Below the pieces are notes generated by a model. The model was given only the letters and a program-made list of their open reading frames with translations. It was not told where the DNA came from and did no database searches. From positions 413 through 64,412 of the forward strand of contig CAZYTL010000009.1 of NCBI GenBank assembly GCA_964650355.1: DNA of 64,000 bases, in the 5' to 3' direction. Below are positions 48,351 to 57,810 of the stretch, in pieces; positions within the stretch are counted from its first letter, which is position 1, and every line of letters begins with the position of its first letter. Position numbers and translations under genes: made by a program. This DNA comes from an uncultured Gammaproteobacteria bacterium. Lineage in GTDB: Bacteria; Patescibacteriota; Microgenomatia; CAYXHB01; CAZYTL01.

Positions 48351-49139
48351 TTACCCCCCAACTGCCGAATATCTTTTTAATCCCTGTTTCCAAAGATAAA
48401 GAAGCAATAATCCTAGAATCAGCAACCAAGCAAGAGATTGGAAGAGACTGAGATAGATCTGTTCCTGATTCACTTGACCCAGGAAGACAGAGATGGGTAA
48501 ATAGTAAAGGAGTTTAAACGGCAGCCACTGGCTGATAGTCTGCAGCCAGGAGGGTAAGAAGGTGAGAGGAATAGTCGCGCCTCCTAACACGGATTCAAAC
48601 ATCCATTGAGCATGTTTGAGTCCGTCAATGGATTTGAAAAAGAAGGCTAGACTCAGGAGGATCATTTCTAATAAAAAACAAATAAGATTGGCCATGATAA
48701 TCAGGAGAATAAACCAGCCGACGGATGATAGCTGAGGGATGATCCAATAGGATTGAAAAAGAAGCCAAAGGGCGATTAACAGCGGAATAAATAGGATGCC
48801 GAATCTGATCATGGTGCGAGTGAAGCTGTCAACAAAGGCAATGCGGATGAACTGAATGGGTTTCATCAGATAGGCGGAAATCTCACCGGTGCGAATTTGT
48901 TGGGCCAGGTAGTCGCTGAAATGGTAACTGATGAATCTGGAAATGACTAAGGAGAGAAAATAATAGGTAATGATTTGAGCCAGGCTATAACCGCCCACTT
49001 GTTTTTGATTCATAGCCAGCCAGACGAAAACCATAGACAGGATGGGAATCAGCTCGATGATCTGCCAAAGCATGGTTTCCGCCCGGTAATTAATAGTATC
49101 AATAAATCTGATTTTGGCTAAGGCGATGTATTTCTTCAT
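48351..49139 (-). CDS. ABC-2 family (DUF990) permease
   Basis: IRTGEISAYLMKP, GATIPL...LPF, C-terminal YSAVGG. Confidence 0.85.
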   Translation of the reverse strand: MKKYIALAKIRFIDTINYRAETMLWQIIELIPILSMVFVWLAMNQKQVGGYSLAQIITYYFLSLVISRFISYHFSDYLAQQIRTGEISAYLMKPIQFIRIAFVDSFTRTMIRFGILFIPLLIALWLLFQSYWIIPQLSSVGWFILLIIMANLICFLLEMILLSLAFFFKSIDGLKHAQWMFESVLGGATIPLTFLPSWLQTISQWLPFKLLYYLPISVFLGQVNQEQIYLSLFQSLAWLLILGLLLLYLWKQGLKRYSAVGG

Positions 49140-49270
49140 AGGCATATTATATATTCGGTTAAGGGCCAGGTGAAGGTAGCCTAACTCTTTAAGGTAATTT
49201 AAACGCCTGCTTGCCTATGAGGAGACATTGTAACCGTAATGCTTTACTTTTTACGGTATAATAAGCACAA

Positions 49271-50299
49271 ATGAAGTGTTTATTGTTCTTGTTGCTTCTG
49301 TCAGGTTTGGGGTGTTTTGCTTACTATCAGGGATGGTTAGAGGTGTCAGTTAATTACCCTCCGGAATTTTCTTCGCCTACGGCCGAAGCTCCGGTAGAAG
49401 TGAATCCCAGACCTTTGGATGAATTAACGTTTGATAACTTGAGAAAACGACAATATGAAAGTAGCCCCATTGTTTTGGAAAGGGTTATAAAGCAGGACAA
49501 AAAGTTCACTTCTTATTTATTTACATATAAATCAGACGGGGAAAAAGTTTCTGGAATGGCTACCATTCCCGTGCCTCAAGCTGATGAAGACAAATTGCCG
49601 ACAATTGTGATGATCCGCGGATTTGTGGATCAGGATATTTATCAAACCGGAGTCGGTACCTGGAGAGCAGCAGAGGTGTTGGCAGAAAACGGATTCGTGA
49701 CTTTAGCACCTGATTTTCTGGGCTATGGAGAGTCTGACAAGCCGGAAGATGATGTGTTCTGGGAACGATTAAATCGACCGGTGCAGATATTAAATTTAAT
49801 GGCTTCATTAAACACCTTGGCACAAGTTGACACTGAAAGAGTTGGTCTGTGGGGCCACTCCAATGGAGGCCAAATTGCTTTGTCAATTCTGGAAATCAGT
49901 CAAAAGCCTTATCCAACGGTATTGTGGGCACCAGTGTCTAAGCCATTCCCCTACGCGATTCTTTATTACACGGATGAATTTGATGATCAGGGGCTGAAGT
50001 TGCGTTATGAATTAGCAAATTTCGAAAAATTATATGACGTGAATAAGTATTCGATCAGCGAATACTTTGACCGTATTATGGCTCCTATTCAGTTGCATCA
50101 AGGCACGATTGATGATGCCGTGCCCCTGGAGTGGTCAAATGAATTGGCAGATAAATTGAAAGCTTCAGACGTGGAGGTAAATTATTATGTCTATCCTCAA
50201 GCAGATCATAATCTATCCGGAAGTTGGGATACCGTGGTGCAGAGAGATGTGGGATTTTACAAACGAATGCTAAAGAAGGAAAACAATAACGTTGAATGA
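49271..50299 (+). CDS. Alpha/beta hydrolase, S9 peptidase-like, exported
   Basis: GHSNGG nucleophile, QGTIDDAVP, ADH. Confidence 0.85.
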   Translation: MKCLLFLLLLSGLGCFAYYQGWLEVSVNYPPEFSSPTAEAPVEVNPRPLDELTFDNLRKRQYESSPIVLERVIKQDKKFTSYLFTYKSDGEKVSGMATIPVPQADEDKLPTIVMIRGFVDQDIYQTGVGTWRAAEVLAENGFVTLAPDFLGYGESDKPEDDVFWERLNRPVQILNLMASLNTLAQVDTERVGLWGHSNGGQIALSILEISQKPYPTVLWAPVSKPFPYAILYYTDEFDDQGLKLRYELANFEKLYDVNKYSISEYFDRIMAPIQLHQGTIDDAVPLEWSNELADKLKASDVEVNYYVYPQADHNLSGSWDTVVQRDVGFYKRMLKKENNNVE

Positions 50300-50457
50300 T
50301 ACTGAAAGTTTATTTGGATTTAATAAAACGACGAGTTTTGGGAGAAAGGGGCGACTATTGATGCAGACTAACAGATAAGGCGGCTCATATTTTAGTTAAG
50401 GTCAAAGTGAGCGTCAAGATGAAGTTGGAAACTATACCGATGAATCGTCGATTGATT

Positions 50458-50832
50458 TTAGAGTTTTATTTCGTCTGTTGGTAAACTTGGGGTATGTATG
50501 GCGAAGATTTTTGAAGGAGCTAGAAATTCTCCGGAGATAATGTTATTTTTTTCGACGAAAAGGAAGTCTCCCCCATTTAATTCTATTTGTTGATTGTTGA
50601 CTGTATAATTTGCTTTTCCTTCAAGAAAAATAAGAACTTCTATCATTTGTTTATGATAGTGGGGGAGTTCGATATCTCCTTCTCGATGTTCTGCGTATTT
50701 TATTTCTAGTAGATTTGTTTTGGCGGGGTGGTTATGAGGGAAAAAGGCTCCACAAAACCAACCCTTGTATTTTGGATTATTTATATAATTACCTGTAAAG
50801 TACTTATTATTTTTAAATTTGTTGGTAGACAT
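50458..50832 (-). CDS. Cupin domain protein (AT-rich)
   Basis: KGWFCG.F, PHYH...E...LEG, TPSLP.D. Confidence 0.75.
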   Translation of the reverse strand: MSTNKFKNNKYFTGNYINNPKYKGWFCGAFFPHNHPAKTNLLEIKYAEHREGDIELPHYHKQMIEVLIFLEGKANYTVNNQQIELNGGDFLFVEKNNIISGEFLAPSKIFAIHTPSLPTDEIKL

Positions 50833-50955
50833 ATCTGGATTGAGAAGGCGTGGGGCTTATTTTAGATTTTAATGGTTCTGCTAGATATTTGCTGTCTACT
50901 CGTGCCTTGTCGCTAGAAGAGAATCATCAACCCGCAGCCTGGCAGTATGGTTTTG

Positions 50956-51008
50956 TGGATCCGAGAGAACTCGAACCTCTGACATTCCCGATGAACATCG
51001 GGGTGCTC
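50956..51008 (-). pseudogene. 3' remnant of a tRNA-Ala-like gene with the anticodon arm replaced by a palindrome
   Basis: GAGCA-C-CCCGATGTTCATCGGG-AATGTC-AGAGG-TTCGAGT-TCTCT-CGGATCC-A; U70/A73 Ala-like end; no 5' acceptor strand or full D arm. Confidence 0.75.
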
Positions 51009-51010
51009 GG

Positions 51011-51084
51011 TGGCCGCTGGGGGACTCGAACCCTCGACCTCTCGCATGTGAAGCGAACGCTCTAGCCAGCTGAGCTAAGCGGCC
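51011..51084 (-). tRNA. tRNA-Val(CAC)
   Basis: GGCCGCT...AGCGGCC-A; anticodon loop TTCACAT; GGTTCGAGTCC. Confidence 0.94.
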
Positions 51085-51204
51085 GGGTGGAAGTTAGTGT
51101 TTGCCAAATTATACCATCGCGAGTACACTTATAAAATAGGATGAGTGCCGCGATCAGGGGAAAGGTTTCGGGCGCTTTTATTATTTTTACACAAGTGAAG
51201 GGTT

Positions 51205-51792
51205 ATGAATCTGAGATTTTCCCGGGCAAAATTAGATGCAGTTTTTAAGCACTTAAGCTACATTTTTTTGGACATTATTCAAACGGTGGTGATGGCCCTG
51301 GCAGTGTTTGTGGTGGTGTACTTGTTTGTCTTCCAACCAAATCAAGTAAAAGGCAGTTCAATGGTGCCGACATTGGAAGATGGCGAGTACGTATTAACAG
51401 ATAAGTTAACTTACAGATGGGTACGAGGTCCAGAAAGAGGAGATATTGTGGTATTTGAAGCTCCAGAGAATGAAAAATACGATTTTATCAAGCGGATAAT
51501 AGGTCTGCCTGGAGATGTGATCACTCTTAAAGACGGGAGAGTGTATGTGAATAATGAGTTATTGCCAGAAGAGTATCTTCCCCCCACTACCCAGACGGCT
51601 TCTGGAGCCTTTTTAAAGAACAATCAACCTTATATAATTCCCGAGGGTGGTTATATCGTGATGGGGGACAACCGGAGATTTTCCAGTGATTCCCGAGAAT
51701 GGGGACCGGTGCCGACTGATCATTTAATTGGCAGAGCCTGGTTTCGCTATTGGCCTCCGGGACGTATTGGGGTGATTTATCACGGCGAATGA
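51205..51792 (+). CDS. lepB: Signal peptidase I
   Basis: SSMVPTL, FIKRIIGLPGD, MGDNR..SSDSR.WG. Confidence 0.95.
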   Translation: MNLRFSRAKLDAVFKHLSYIFLDIIQTVVMALAVFVVVYLFVFQPNQVKGSSMVPTLEDGEYVLTDKLTYRWVRGPERGDIVVFEAPENEKYDFIKRIIGLPGDVITLKDGRVYVNNELLPEEYLPPTTQTASGAFLKNNQPYIIPEGGYIVMGDNRRFSSDSREWGPVPTDHLIGRAWFRYWPPGRIGVIYHGE

Positions 51793-51872
51793 TTAGGCAG
51801 CAGAAGAAATTGGTAATCGGAAATCAAAGATTGGCATTGGAGAAATGGGTGGTGGATGGCCGTTAGTGTGAT

Positions 51873-52727
51873 CTAGATGCCGGGACTGGTATGCATGATT
51901 CCTTGGTAAATCAATTGCAGTCTTCGCTCGGTGGTTTCGGGATTGCCTTTAAGGTGAATTACTAGTTTGGTTTCATTACGTGAGCGGGTAAGTTTAACAA
52001 CATTTTTGTGATCTTCTTCAATGGAACCAAGCTTGTCAGTTAAATCGTTCCTGATTTTGTCTGTTTGCTCGCTGACTATCAGTGGCGGTCGGGTGGGCAC
52101 ACCTTGCTTGGTGGTTGCTCCATTATCTTTCATTCTTCTAGCCAGATCTTCTGCCATGCGCACTGAACCTGATTTCCTGAGAATAATTTTATAAGCTTCG
52201 ATCATCCGATCATGATCGTCAATACCCAGTAGAGCTCTAGCATGACCTTCGGTGATCATGCCTGTAAGGAGGCCATCTTTAAGGATATCCGGGAGAGTGA
52301 GCATGCGTAGGCTATTGGACACATAGGCAGGGCTTTTACTGATCCTGTTGGATACCTCACCAGTGGTGAGTCCAAATTCATTAATCAAGCGGTCAAAGGC
52401 TTTGGCTCTTTCCAAGGGATTAAGATCACTGCGCTGCACGTTTTCCACTAAAGCCATTTCCAACATGCCTTTGGGAGTGGTTTTTTTGATGATTACCGGT
52501 ACTTCAGTCAAGCCTGCAAGCTTAGATGCCCGCCAGCGGCGCTCTCCGGCAATAATTTGCAAACCGGCGGGGGTATCGGCAATAACGAGTGGTTCTAAAA
52601 CTCCATGCTCTTTAATGGAGTCAACCAAATCCTGAAGAGATTGACTGGTGATCGTACCTCTCGGTTGAAGGGGATTGGGACTTAATTGGTCGATCGCGAT
52701 TAAACGGACGGATTGTTCTTCAGCCAT
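51873..52727 (-). CDS. parB: ParB/Spo0J partition protein
   Basis: NPLQPR, IIAGERRWRA, ENVQRSDLNPLE, HTH, GHARAL. Confidence 0.93.
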   Translation of the reverse strand: MAEEQSVRLIAIDQLSPNPLQPRGTITSQSLQDLVDSIKEHGVLEPLVIADTPAGLQIIAGERRWRASKLAGLTEVPVIIKKTTPKGMLEMALVENVQRSDLNPLERAKAFDRLINEFGLTTGEVSNRISKSPAYVSNSLRMLTLPDILKDGLLTGMITEGHARALLGIDDHDRMIEAYKIILRKSGSVRMAEDLARRMKDNGATTKQGVPTRPPLIVSEQTDKIRNDLTDKLGSIEEDHKNVVKLTRSRNETKLVIHLKGNPETTERRLQLIYQGIMHTSPGI

Positions 52728-52800
52728 ATGGAAGGTGAGAGCAGTTGATCTGTGGGTTCAGCAACTAAAGCAGTCAAAGACGAAAGAGACGACTTGACTC

Positions 52801-53055
52801 TTAATTGGAACTAATTATTTGCACTAATTGTCGGTTGTTTTTCTTGGTAAATTTAACTATCCCATCCTCCAGAGCAAATAAAGTAAAATCACGACCCATG
52901 CCCACGCCGCTTCCGGCGTGGTATTTGGTGCCTCTCTGACGAATGAGAATATTACCTGCCTCCACCTGTTGCCCACCAGAAATCTTGAGACCTAATCTCT
53001 TACCGGCAACCGTACCTTTTTGTCTGGATTTTCCACCTGATTTGGTATGAGCCAT
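52801..53055 (-). CDS. rpmA: 50S ribosomal protein L27
   Basis: [34 protein letters not shown]. Confidence 0.97.
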   Translation of the reverse strand: MAHTKSGGKSRQKGTVAGKRLGLKISGGQQVEAGNILIRQRGTKYHAGSGVGMGRDFTLFALEDGIVKFTKKNNRQLVQIISSN

Positions 53056-53107
53056 AGTTGTAAAATTTTTAACTTCTAATCAGATCAGATCACTAAGATT
53101 AATTAGG

Positions 53108-53425
53108 TCAATTAATGTTTATCTTTTCAATCAGCAGTTTGGTTAGTTGACTGCGATGACCCTTAACTCTACGATAGCGGGATTTAGCTTTATAAGTAGC
53201 TACCCGAATTTTTTTATCCTTGGTTTGTTCAATGATTTTGCCGGTAACTTTGACCTTATCCGTGGCGGGGTGGCCCAGAATTCTTTGATCTCCATCTACC
53301 ACTAAAAGCACCTGATCAAACGTCACTTTATCTCCAGCCTCACCGGCTAGTTTATTGACGAGAACTTGTTGGCCTTCTTGAACTTGAAATTGCTGGCCGC
53401 CGATAGCCAGGATAGCGTATTTCAT
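53108..53425 (-). CDS. rplU: 50S ribosomal protein L21
   Basis: YAILAIGGQQFQV, YKAKSRYRRVKGHR; start moved to ATG 53425. Confidence 0.96.
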   Translation of the reverse strand: MKYAILAIGGQQFQVQEGQQVLVNKLAGEAGDKVTFDQVLLVVDGDQRILGHPATDKVKVTGKIIEQTKDKKIRVATYKAKSRYRRVKGHRSQLTKLLIEKININ

Positions 53426-53540
53426 ATTAAAGATAATTTCGCTTCTGCCCTGCTCTAAATTAGAGAAAAGCAATTTAAAAAGCTAGGAATGAAAAGATTT
53501 TTTGCTTAGGCCCTAATTATAAGCTAGATTTTTCACGAGG

Positions 53541-54620
53541 TCAACGGATGTGCAGTGGTTCGGGTGCTCTGGCGTGGACTAAAATATTGTTAACAATGCC
53601 CAGGCTGATAAAGGTGGCCACTACGGAAGACCCGCCGTAAGACAGTAAAGGTAAAGTGACACCGGTAATGGGTAAAATTCCCAAGTTCATACCAATGTTA
53701 ACGAAGACTTGAAACGATAAAGTAGTTAACAGACCACTAATCATGAGTCTCTCCAATTCTGACCTGGCATGATGCATGGCTTGAATGAATCTGATGAAAA
53801 GGACTAAATAAAGCACCAGAACTAAAAGCGATCCAGCCAGACCTAATTCCTCGGCCAAAGAGGCAAAAACAAAATCGGTGTGTCTTTCAGGTAAAAATCT
53901 GAGATGAGATTGGGTACCTCGACCTAAACCTCGGCCAAATAACTGTCCCGAGCCAACTGCGATTTGAGATTGGAGCACGTGGTAACCCGTATTTAACGGA
54001 TCTTGTCCAGGATTGAAGAAGGTGATGATGCGATCTTTTTGATAACCATGTAAAAAATTCCAGCTCACGGGTAGGATAATAGCAATGAGTACGACACCTA
54101 AGATGACTTGTTTCGTATTAAGGCCTTTGGTGACGATGATCCCGAACCACCCCACCAACAAAGCCAGGGTGACGCCTAAATCGGGCTGACGAAAAATAAT
54201 ATAGGCGGGCAGAGCAAGGATGATCAAGGATTTGAAGATGCCCCGTAAGGTCAACGGTGAGCCTGTGGATAAAGTGTGAGCTAAAATGACTAGCAGAAAC
54301 GGGCGGACAATTTCTGATGGTTGAATATTAACGGTTCCGAATTGCAGCCAGCGGTGAGCACCACCGGAAGGAATTCCAAAGACAAAAGGAGAAATAAGAA
54401 ATAATAAGCAGAGCAAATAGATTAATTTGTTGAATTGCAGCCAGGTGGCGAAGTTGATTTTGGTGAGCAGCAAATAGGCGACCAATCCGATGACAATGGC
54501 TGAAGTTTGTACTGCCAATAACTCGGGCGCCACGCTGGAGAGGATAGTCAAACCCAATCCGATGAGGAAAAGAATTGACAAGGTTAAAGCGATGTCTAAC
54601 TGGCGAATGATCCGAAGCAT
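53541..54620 (-). CDS. rodA: SEDS protein RodA
   Basis: QPDLG, YQKDRI, SQIAVGSG, FLPERHTDFVF, LPLLSYGGSS. Confidence 0.92.
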   Translation of the reverse strand: MLRIIRQLDIALTLSILFLIGLGLTILSSVAPELLAVQTSAIVIGLVAYLLLTKINFATWLQFNKLIYLLCLLFLISPFVFGIPSGGAHRWLQFGTVNIQPSEIVRPFLLVILAHTLSTGSPLTLRGIFKSLIILALPAYIIFRQPDLGVTLALLVGWFGIIVTKGLNTKQVILGVVLIAIILPVSWNFLHGYQKDRIITFFNPGQDPLNTGYHVLQSQIAVGSGQLFGRGLGRGTQSHLRFLPERHTDFVFASLAEELGLAGSLLVLVLYLVLFIRFIQAMHHARSELERLMISGLLTTLSFQVFVNIGMNLGILPITGVTLPLLSYGGSSVVATFISLGIVNNILVHARAPEPLHIR

Positions 54621-54665
54621 TAGGTGCAGTATAACTGATTAACCGGTTTATCAGAAGGCGAATCT

Positions 54666-57600
54666 CTATCTGCTTTTCCTATTAATCTGTAAGCTGTCTC
54701 CCTGAATCAGATGTTGAGCTAGAGTTTGGCGTTTGATTTCTTCCTCAAATTCCTGAGGCCAGTCAGGCAAAGTAACGGTGACTTTTTCGGTAAGCTCACA
54801 GCCCGCCTCTTTCCTGGCTATTTGAATTTTACGAATCAGTTCCCGAGCTTGGCCTTCTGCGCGCAGAGAAGGAGTAAGTTTTGTGTCTAGACCGATATGA
54901 TAGCTATCTGGTGTACCTGAACTATTCCAAAAAATTTCCTTGATATTCAATTCCTCTTTTATCAACTCCTGGAATTGAGAAGGTAGTTTCCAAGATACTT
55001 TTACTCTTAATTTCTGTAAGGGCTGACGAACATTCAGTCCGGTTTCCTTTCTGGCAGCGTGTCCTCTCTCTACAATCCAGCGAGCTTTATTCATGCTGTC
55101 TAATAAAGCTAAATCATCTTTTGATAGTTTAACGCCCAATGAAGGCCAATCTGCTAGATGTACAGATTCTTCGCCTGTTAAATTCGCATAGATCTCATCT
55201 GCCAAAAACGGGGTAATGGGCGCTAATAATTTACTCAGGGTAACCAGAACATGATAAAGAGTTTGGTAACACACTTGTTTGTCATCCTGATCACTGGCTG
55301 TCGGACCCAAACGGGTACGGGAGCGGCGTACATACCAGGTGGAAAAGTCGTTAATGAATTCTTGTAGCGCTTGGGCAGCGCTCATAGCATCGTACTTACT
55401 CAAGGCGTCACTTACCACTTTAATTAATTGAAGTTGACGAACGATAATCCACTGATCGAGGATTTTAACTTTTTTTAATTGCTTTTTATACCAGTGAGAA
55501 AGATCTGTATTTTGGTCTGCCGATGAAGGTTGCCAAGAGTCAGTGTTAGCGTAGGTAACAAAAAAGTTGTAAATATTCCAGAGCAACAGATGAACCTTGC
55601 GTTTGACCAGAGCTGCCCCTTTAGGTCCAAACAGCAGATTATCAGCCGGATTTTGTAAGGCAAACATAAAGCGCATGACGTCAACTCCGAGTTCGTCAGC
55701 ACCTTGATTAAACTCAATGGCATTACCCCAGGATTTGTGCATAGGCCGGCCGTCTTCGCCCAGTAAGGTGCCAAAACCCAGCACCCGCTGGTAAGGCTCG
55801 CGGTTCTCAAGTACAGTGGACATGGCAATCATAGAATAAAACCAGTTTTTGAATTGGCCCGGGAATGATTCGGTAATAAAATCAGCTGGGAACCACTGTT
55901 CCCAAGCCTGTTTATCAGACAGATATAAAGGCTGTCCGTGTTCAATTTTTATATTCTTCGCAGTGATGTTATCTAACTTGTGTTTTTGAGGTTTTTCTAT
56001 AATGGTCGAGTAGGGGACAATGCCTGCATCCAGCCAGGGGTTACCCACGTCAAGGATGCGGCTCATCAGCTGCCCGCATTGTTCACACTTGATTTTCACT
56101 TCGTCTATATAAGGGCGGTGAGGTGTATGGCCAGCAAATTTATCCCAACCTTCGATCGCCCTGGTTTTTAATTCTTCTTTCCCACCCATAACCTCAAAAT
56201 GTCCGCATTTAGCACATTCCCAAATCGGCAGAGCCAAACCCCAATAGCGATTTTTTTTAGAAATTAACCAATCATGCATGTTTTTAAGCCAATCTAATTC
56301 TCGCTTCAAACCAAATTCCGGCATCCAGGTGATCTTTTTGGCGACTGCAACCATTTGTTTTCTCAATGTTCTCCCCTTCTTACCTTCTGGATCCTGACGA
56401 TCCATAGCAATGTACCATTCGTCTGCTACCTTCCAAATAAGTTCAGTTTTACATCGCCAGCAGACAGGGTAGCGGTGGCGATACTGTTCAACTTTGTATA
56501 GCCAATTGTTGGCTTGCAAGTAATCGATCACGACCTCCGGGTGTTTTTTGGCGTTTTTACCTTCGAGCTCACCGAAATCCGGCAAATATTGACCAATATC
56601 GTCGGTGGCGGGAACCACGGGTAATCCCAATTGCTTACCAAGCTGATAATCTTCTTGTCCAGTGCTAGTGGAAGTATGAACCAGTCCAGTGCCTTCTTCT
56701 ACTGAAATGGGCATGATTAAAGGATCGGTCAAATAGACCCGGTGAAATTTCTGTTTTTGTTCAGGAGTCAGGCCCTTTACATAAGGCTGATGATCATAAG
56801 GCGCTTGATAAGCAAGTCCCGCGAGGGTTTTCCCTGGCGCGGTTTTAGTAATTTGAACTTCTTTCCCCAAAATTTTTGCCACTCGGTCTTTGGCTAACCA
56901 GACGCTTTCGGTTTCAGATATTTTAACTAAGGCATATTTGATGTCTTTATCCGCTGCTACGGCAGTATTTGCCGGAATGGTCCAAGGAGTAGTCGTCCAG
57001 ATAAGGAGAGACTCATTGGGCCGGTCAACAATTTTTAGTTTGACGTAAATTGATTTATGGACCACTTCTTTGTAATCCTCAGTTAAGGTTTCGTGCTGAG
57101 AGATGGCGGTTTCACACCTGGGACACCAAGGAACAACATCTTCACCTTTGTATAAATAGCCTTTTTGATGACAGCGTTTTAAGAAATGCCAGATCATGTA
57201 ATTGTTAGCCTCGGACATGGTGAAATAGGAATGATCCCAATCGGCAAAATAGCCTAATCTTTTGGATTGTTCTGTCTGGATGGCGGCGTATTTGAGCACC
57301 CGCTGTTTGCAAAGGTCAATGAATTTGGCGATGGAGGCTTTTTTGTCCTCCGGAACTAAATTTTCAATATCTTTTTTGGATTTCAGACCGAGTTCTTTTT
57401 CTACTTCGACTTCTACCCACAAACCTTGGCAATCAAAACCATTCTGAAATCTTTGTTTGTACCCGCGCATATTCCAGAAACGGGGCCAGAGATCTTTGTA
57501 TGTGCGGCCCCAGGCGTGATGAACTCCCATGGGGTTGTTGGCCGTGATGGGACCGTCCATAAAAGAGAAGCTTTTGGCTGATTGGTCGTTTTTGTGCAAG

Positions 57601-57695
57601 TATTTTTCCACTATTCCGGATTCATACCAATGTTTAAGACGTTTCTTTTCCAGCTCGGGGAAGTTTACCTGGGGATCAACTGGTTTGAAGCTCAT
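54666..57695 (-). CDS. ileS: Isoleucine--tRNA ligase, type 2
   Basis: DGPITANNPMGVHH, GFDCQGL, WTTTPWT, GTGLVH, PMHKSWGN. Confidence 0.96.
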   Translation of the reverse strand: MSFKPVDPQVNFPELEKKRLKHWYESGIVEKYLHKNDQSAKSFSFMDGPITANNPMGVHHAWGRTYKDLWPRFWNMRGYKQRFQNGFDCQGLWVEVEVEKELGLKSKKDIENLVPEDKKASIAKFIDLCKQRVLKYAAIQTEQSKRLGYFADWDHSYFTMSEANNYMIWHFLKRCHQKGYLYKGEDVVPWCPRCETAISQHETLTEDYKEVVHKSIYVKLKIVDRPNESLLIWTTTPWTIPANTAVAADKDIKYALVKISETESVWLAKDRVAKILGKEVQITKTAPGKTLAGLAYQAPYDHQPYVKGLTPEQKQKFHRVYLTDPLIMPISVEEGTGLVHTSTSTGQEDYQLGKQLGLPVVPATDDIGQYLPDFGELEGKNAKKHPEVVIDYLQANNWLYKVEQYRHRYPVCWRCKTELIWKVADEWYIAMDRQDPEGKKGRTLRKQMVAVAKKITWMPEFGLKRELDWLKNMHDWLISKKNRYWGLALPIWECAKCGHFEVMGGKEELKTRAIEGWDKFAGHTPHRPYIDEVKIKCEQCGQLMSRILDVGNPWLDAGIVPYSTIIEKPQKHKLDNITAKNIKIEHGQPLYLSDKQAWEQWFPADFITESFPGQFKNWFYSMIAMSTVLENREPYQRVLGFGTLLGEDGRPMHKSWGNAIEFNQGADELGVDVMRFMFALQNPADNLLFGPKGAALVKRKVHLLLWNIYNFFVTYANTDSWQPSSADQNTDLSHWYKKQLKKVKILDQWIIVRQLQLIKVVSDALSKYDAMSAAQALQEFINDFSTWYVRRSRTRLGPTASDQDDKQVCYQTLYHVLVTLSKLLAPITPFLADEIYANLTGEESVHLADWPSLGVKLSKDDLALLDSMNKARWIVERGHAARKETGLNVRQPLQKLRVKVSWKLPSQFQELIKEELNIKEIFWNSSGTPDSYHIGLDTKLTPSLRAEGQARELIRKIQIARKEAGCELTEKVTVTLPDWPQEFEEEIKRQTLAQHLIQGDSLQINRKSR

Positions 57696-57753
57696 GACGT
57701 TGATTGTACAGCAAGAACCAGGAATTATGAACTAGGAATTAAGAAAGAAGAAC

Positions 57754-57775
57754 AAAAAAATGCGCCATTGGCGCA
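57754..57775 (-). terminator. Intrinsic terminator after ftsZ
   Basis: TGCGCC-AAT-GGCGCA followed by T7 on the minus strand. Confidence 0.75.
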
Positions 57776-57810
57776 CCAAACTTTAGAATTCTGCCTTTCA
57801 ACATTTGACC

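Noticed and set aside
50437-50450. ccgatgaatcgtcg as a third copy of the tRNA-associated palindrome
   Set aside because: Only half of the motif matches and there is no tRNA context.
50850-51065. 71-aa ORF
   Set aside because: Antisense to tRNA-Val and the tRNA-Ala remnant.
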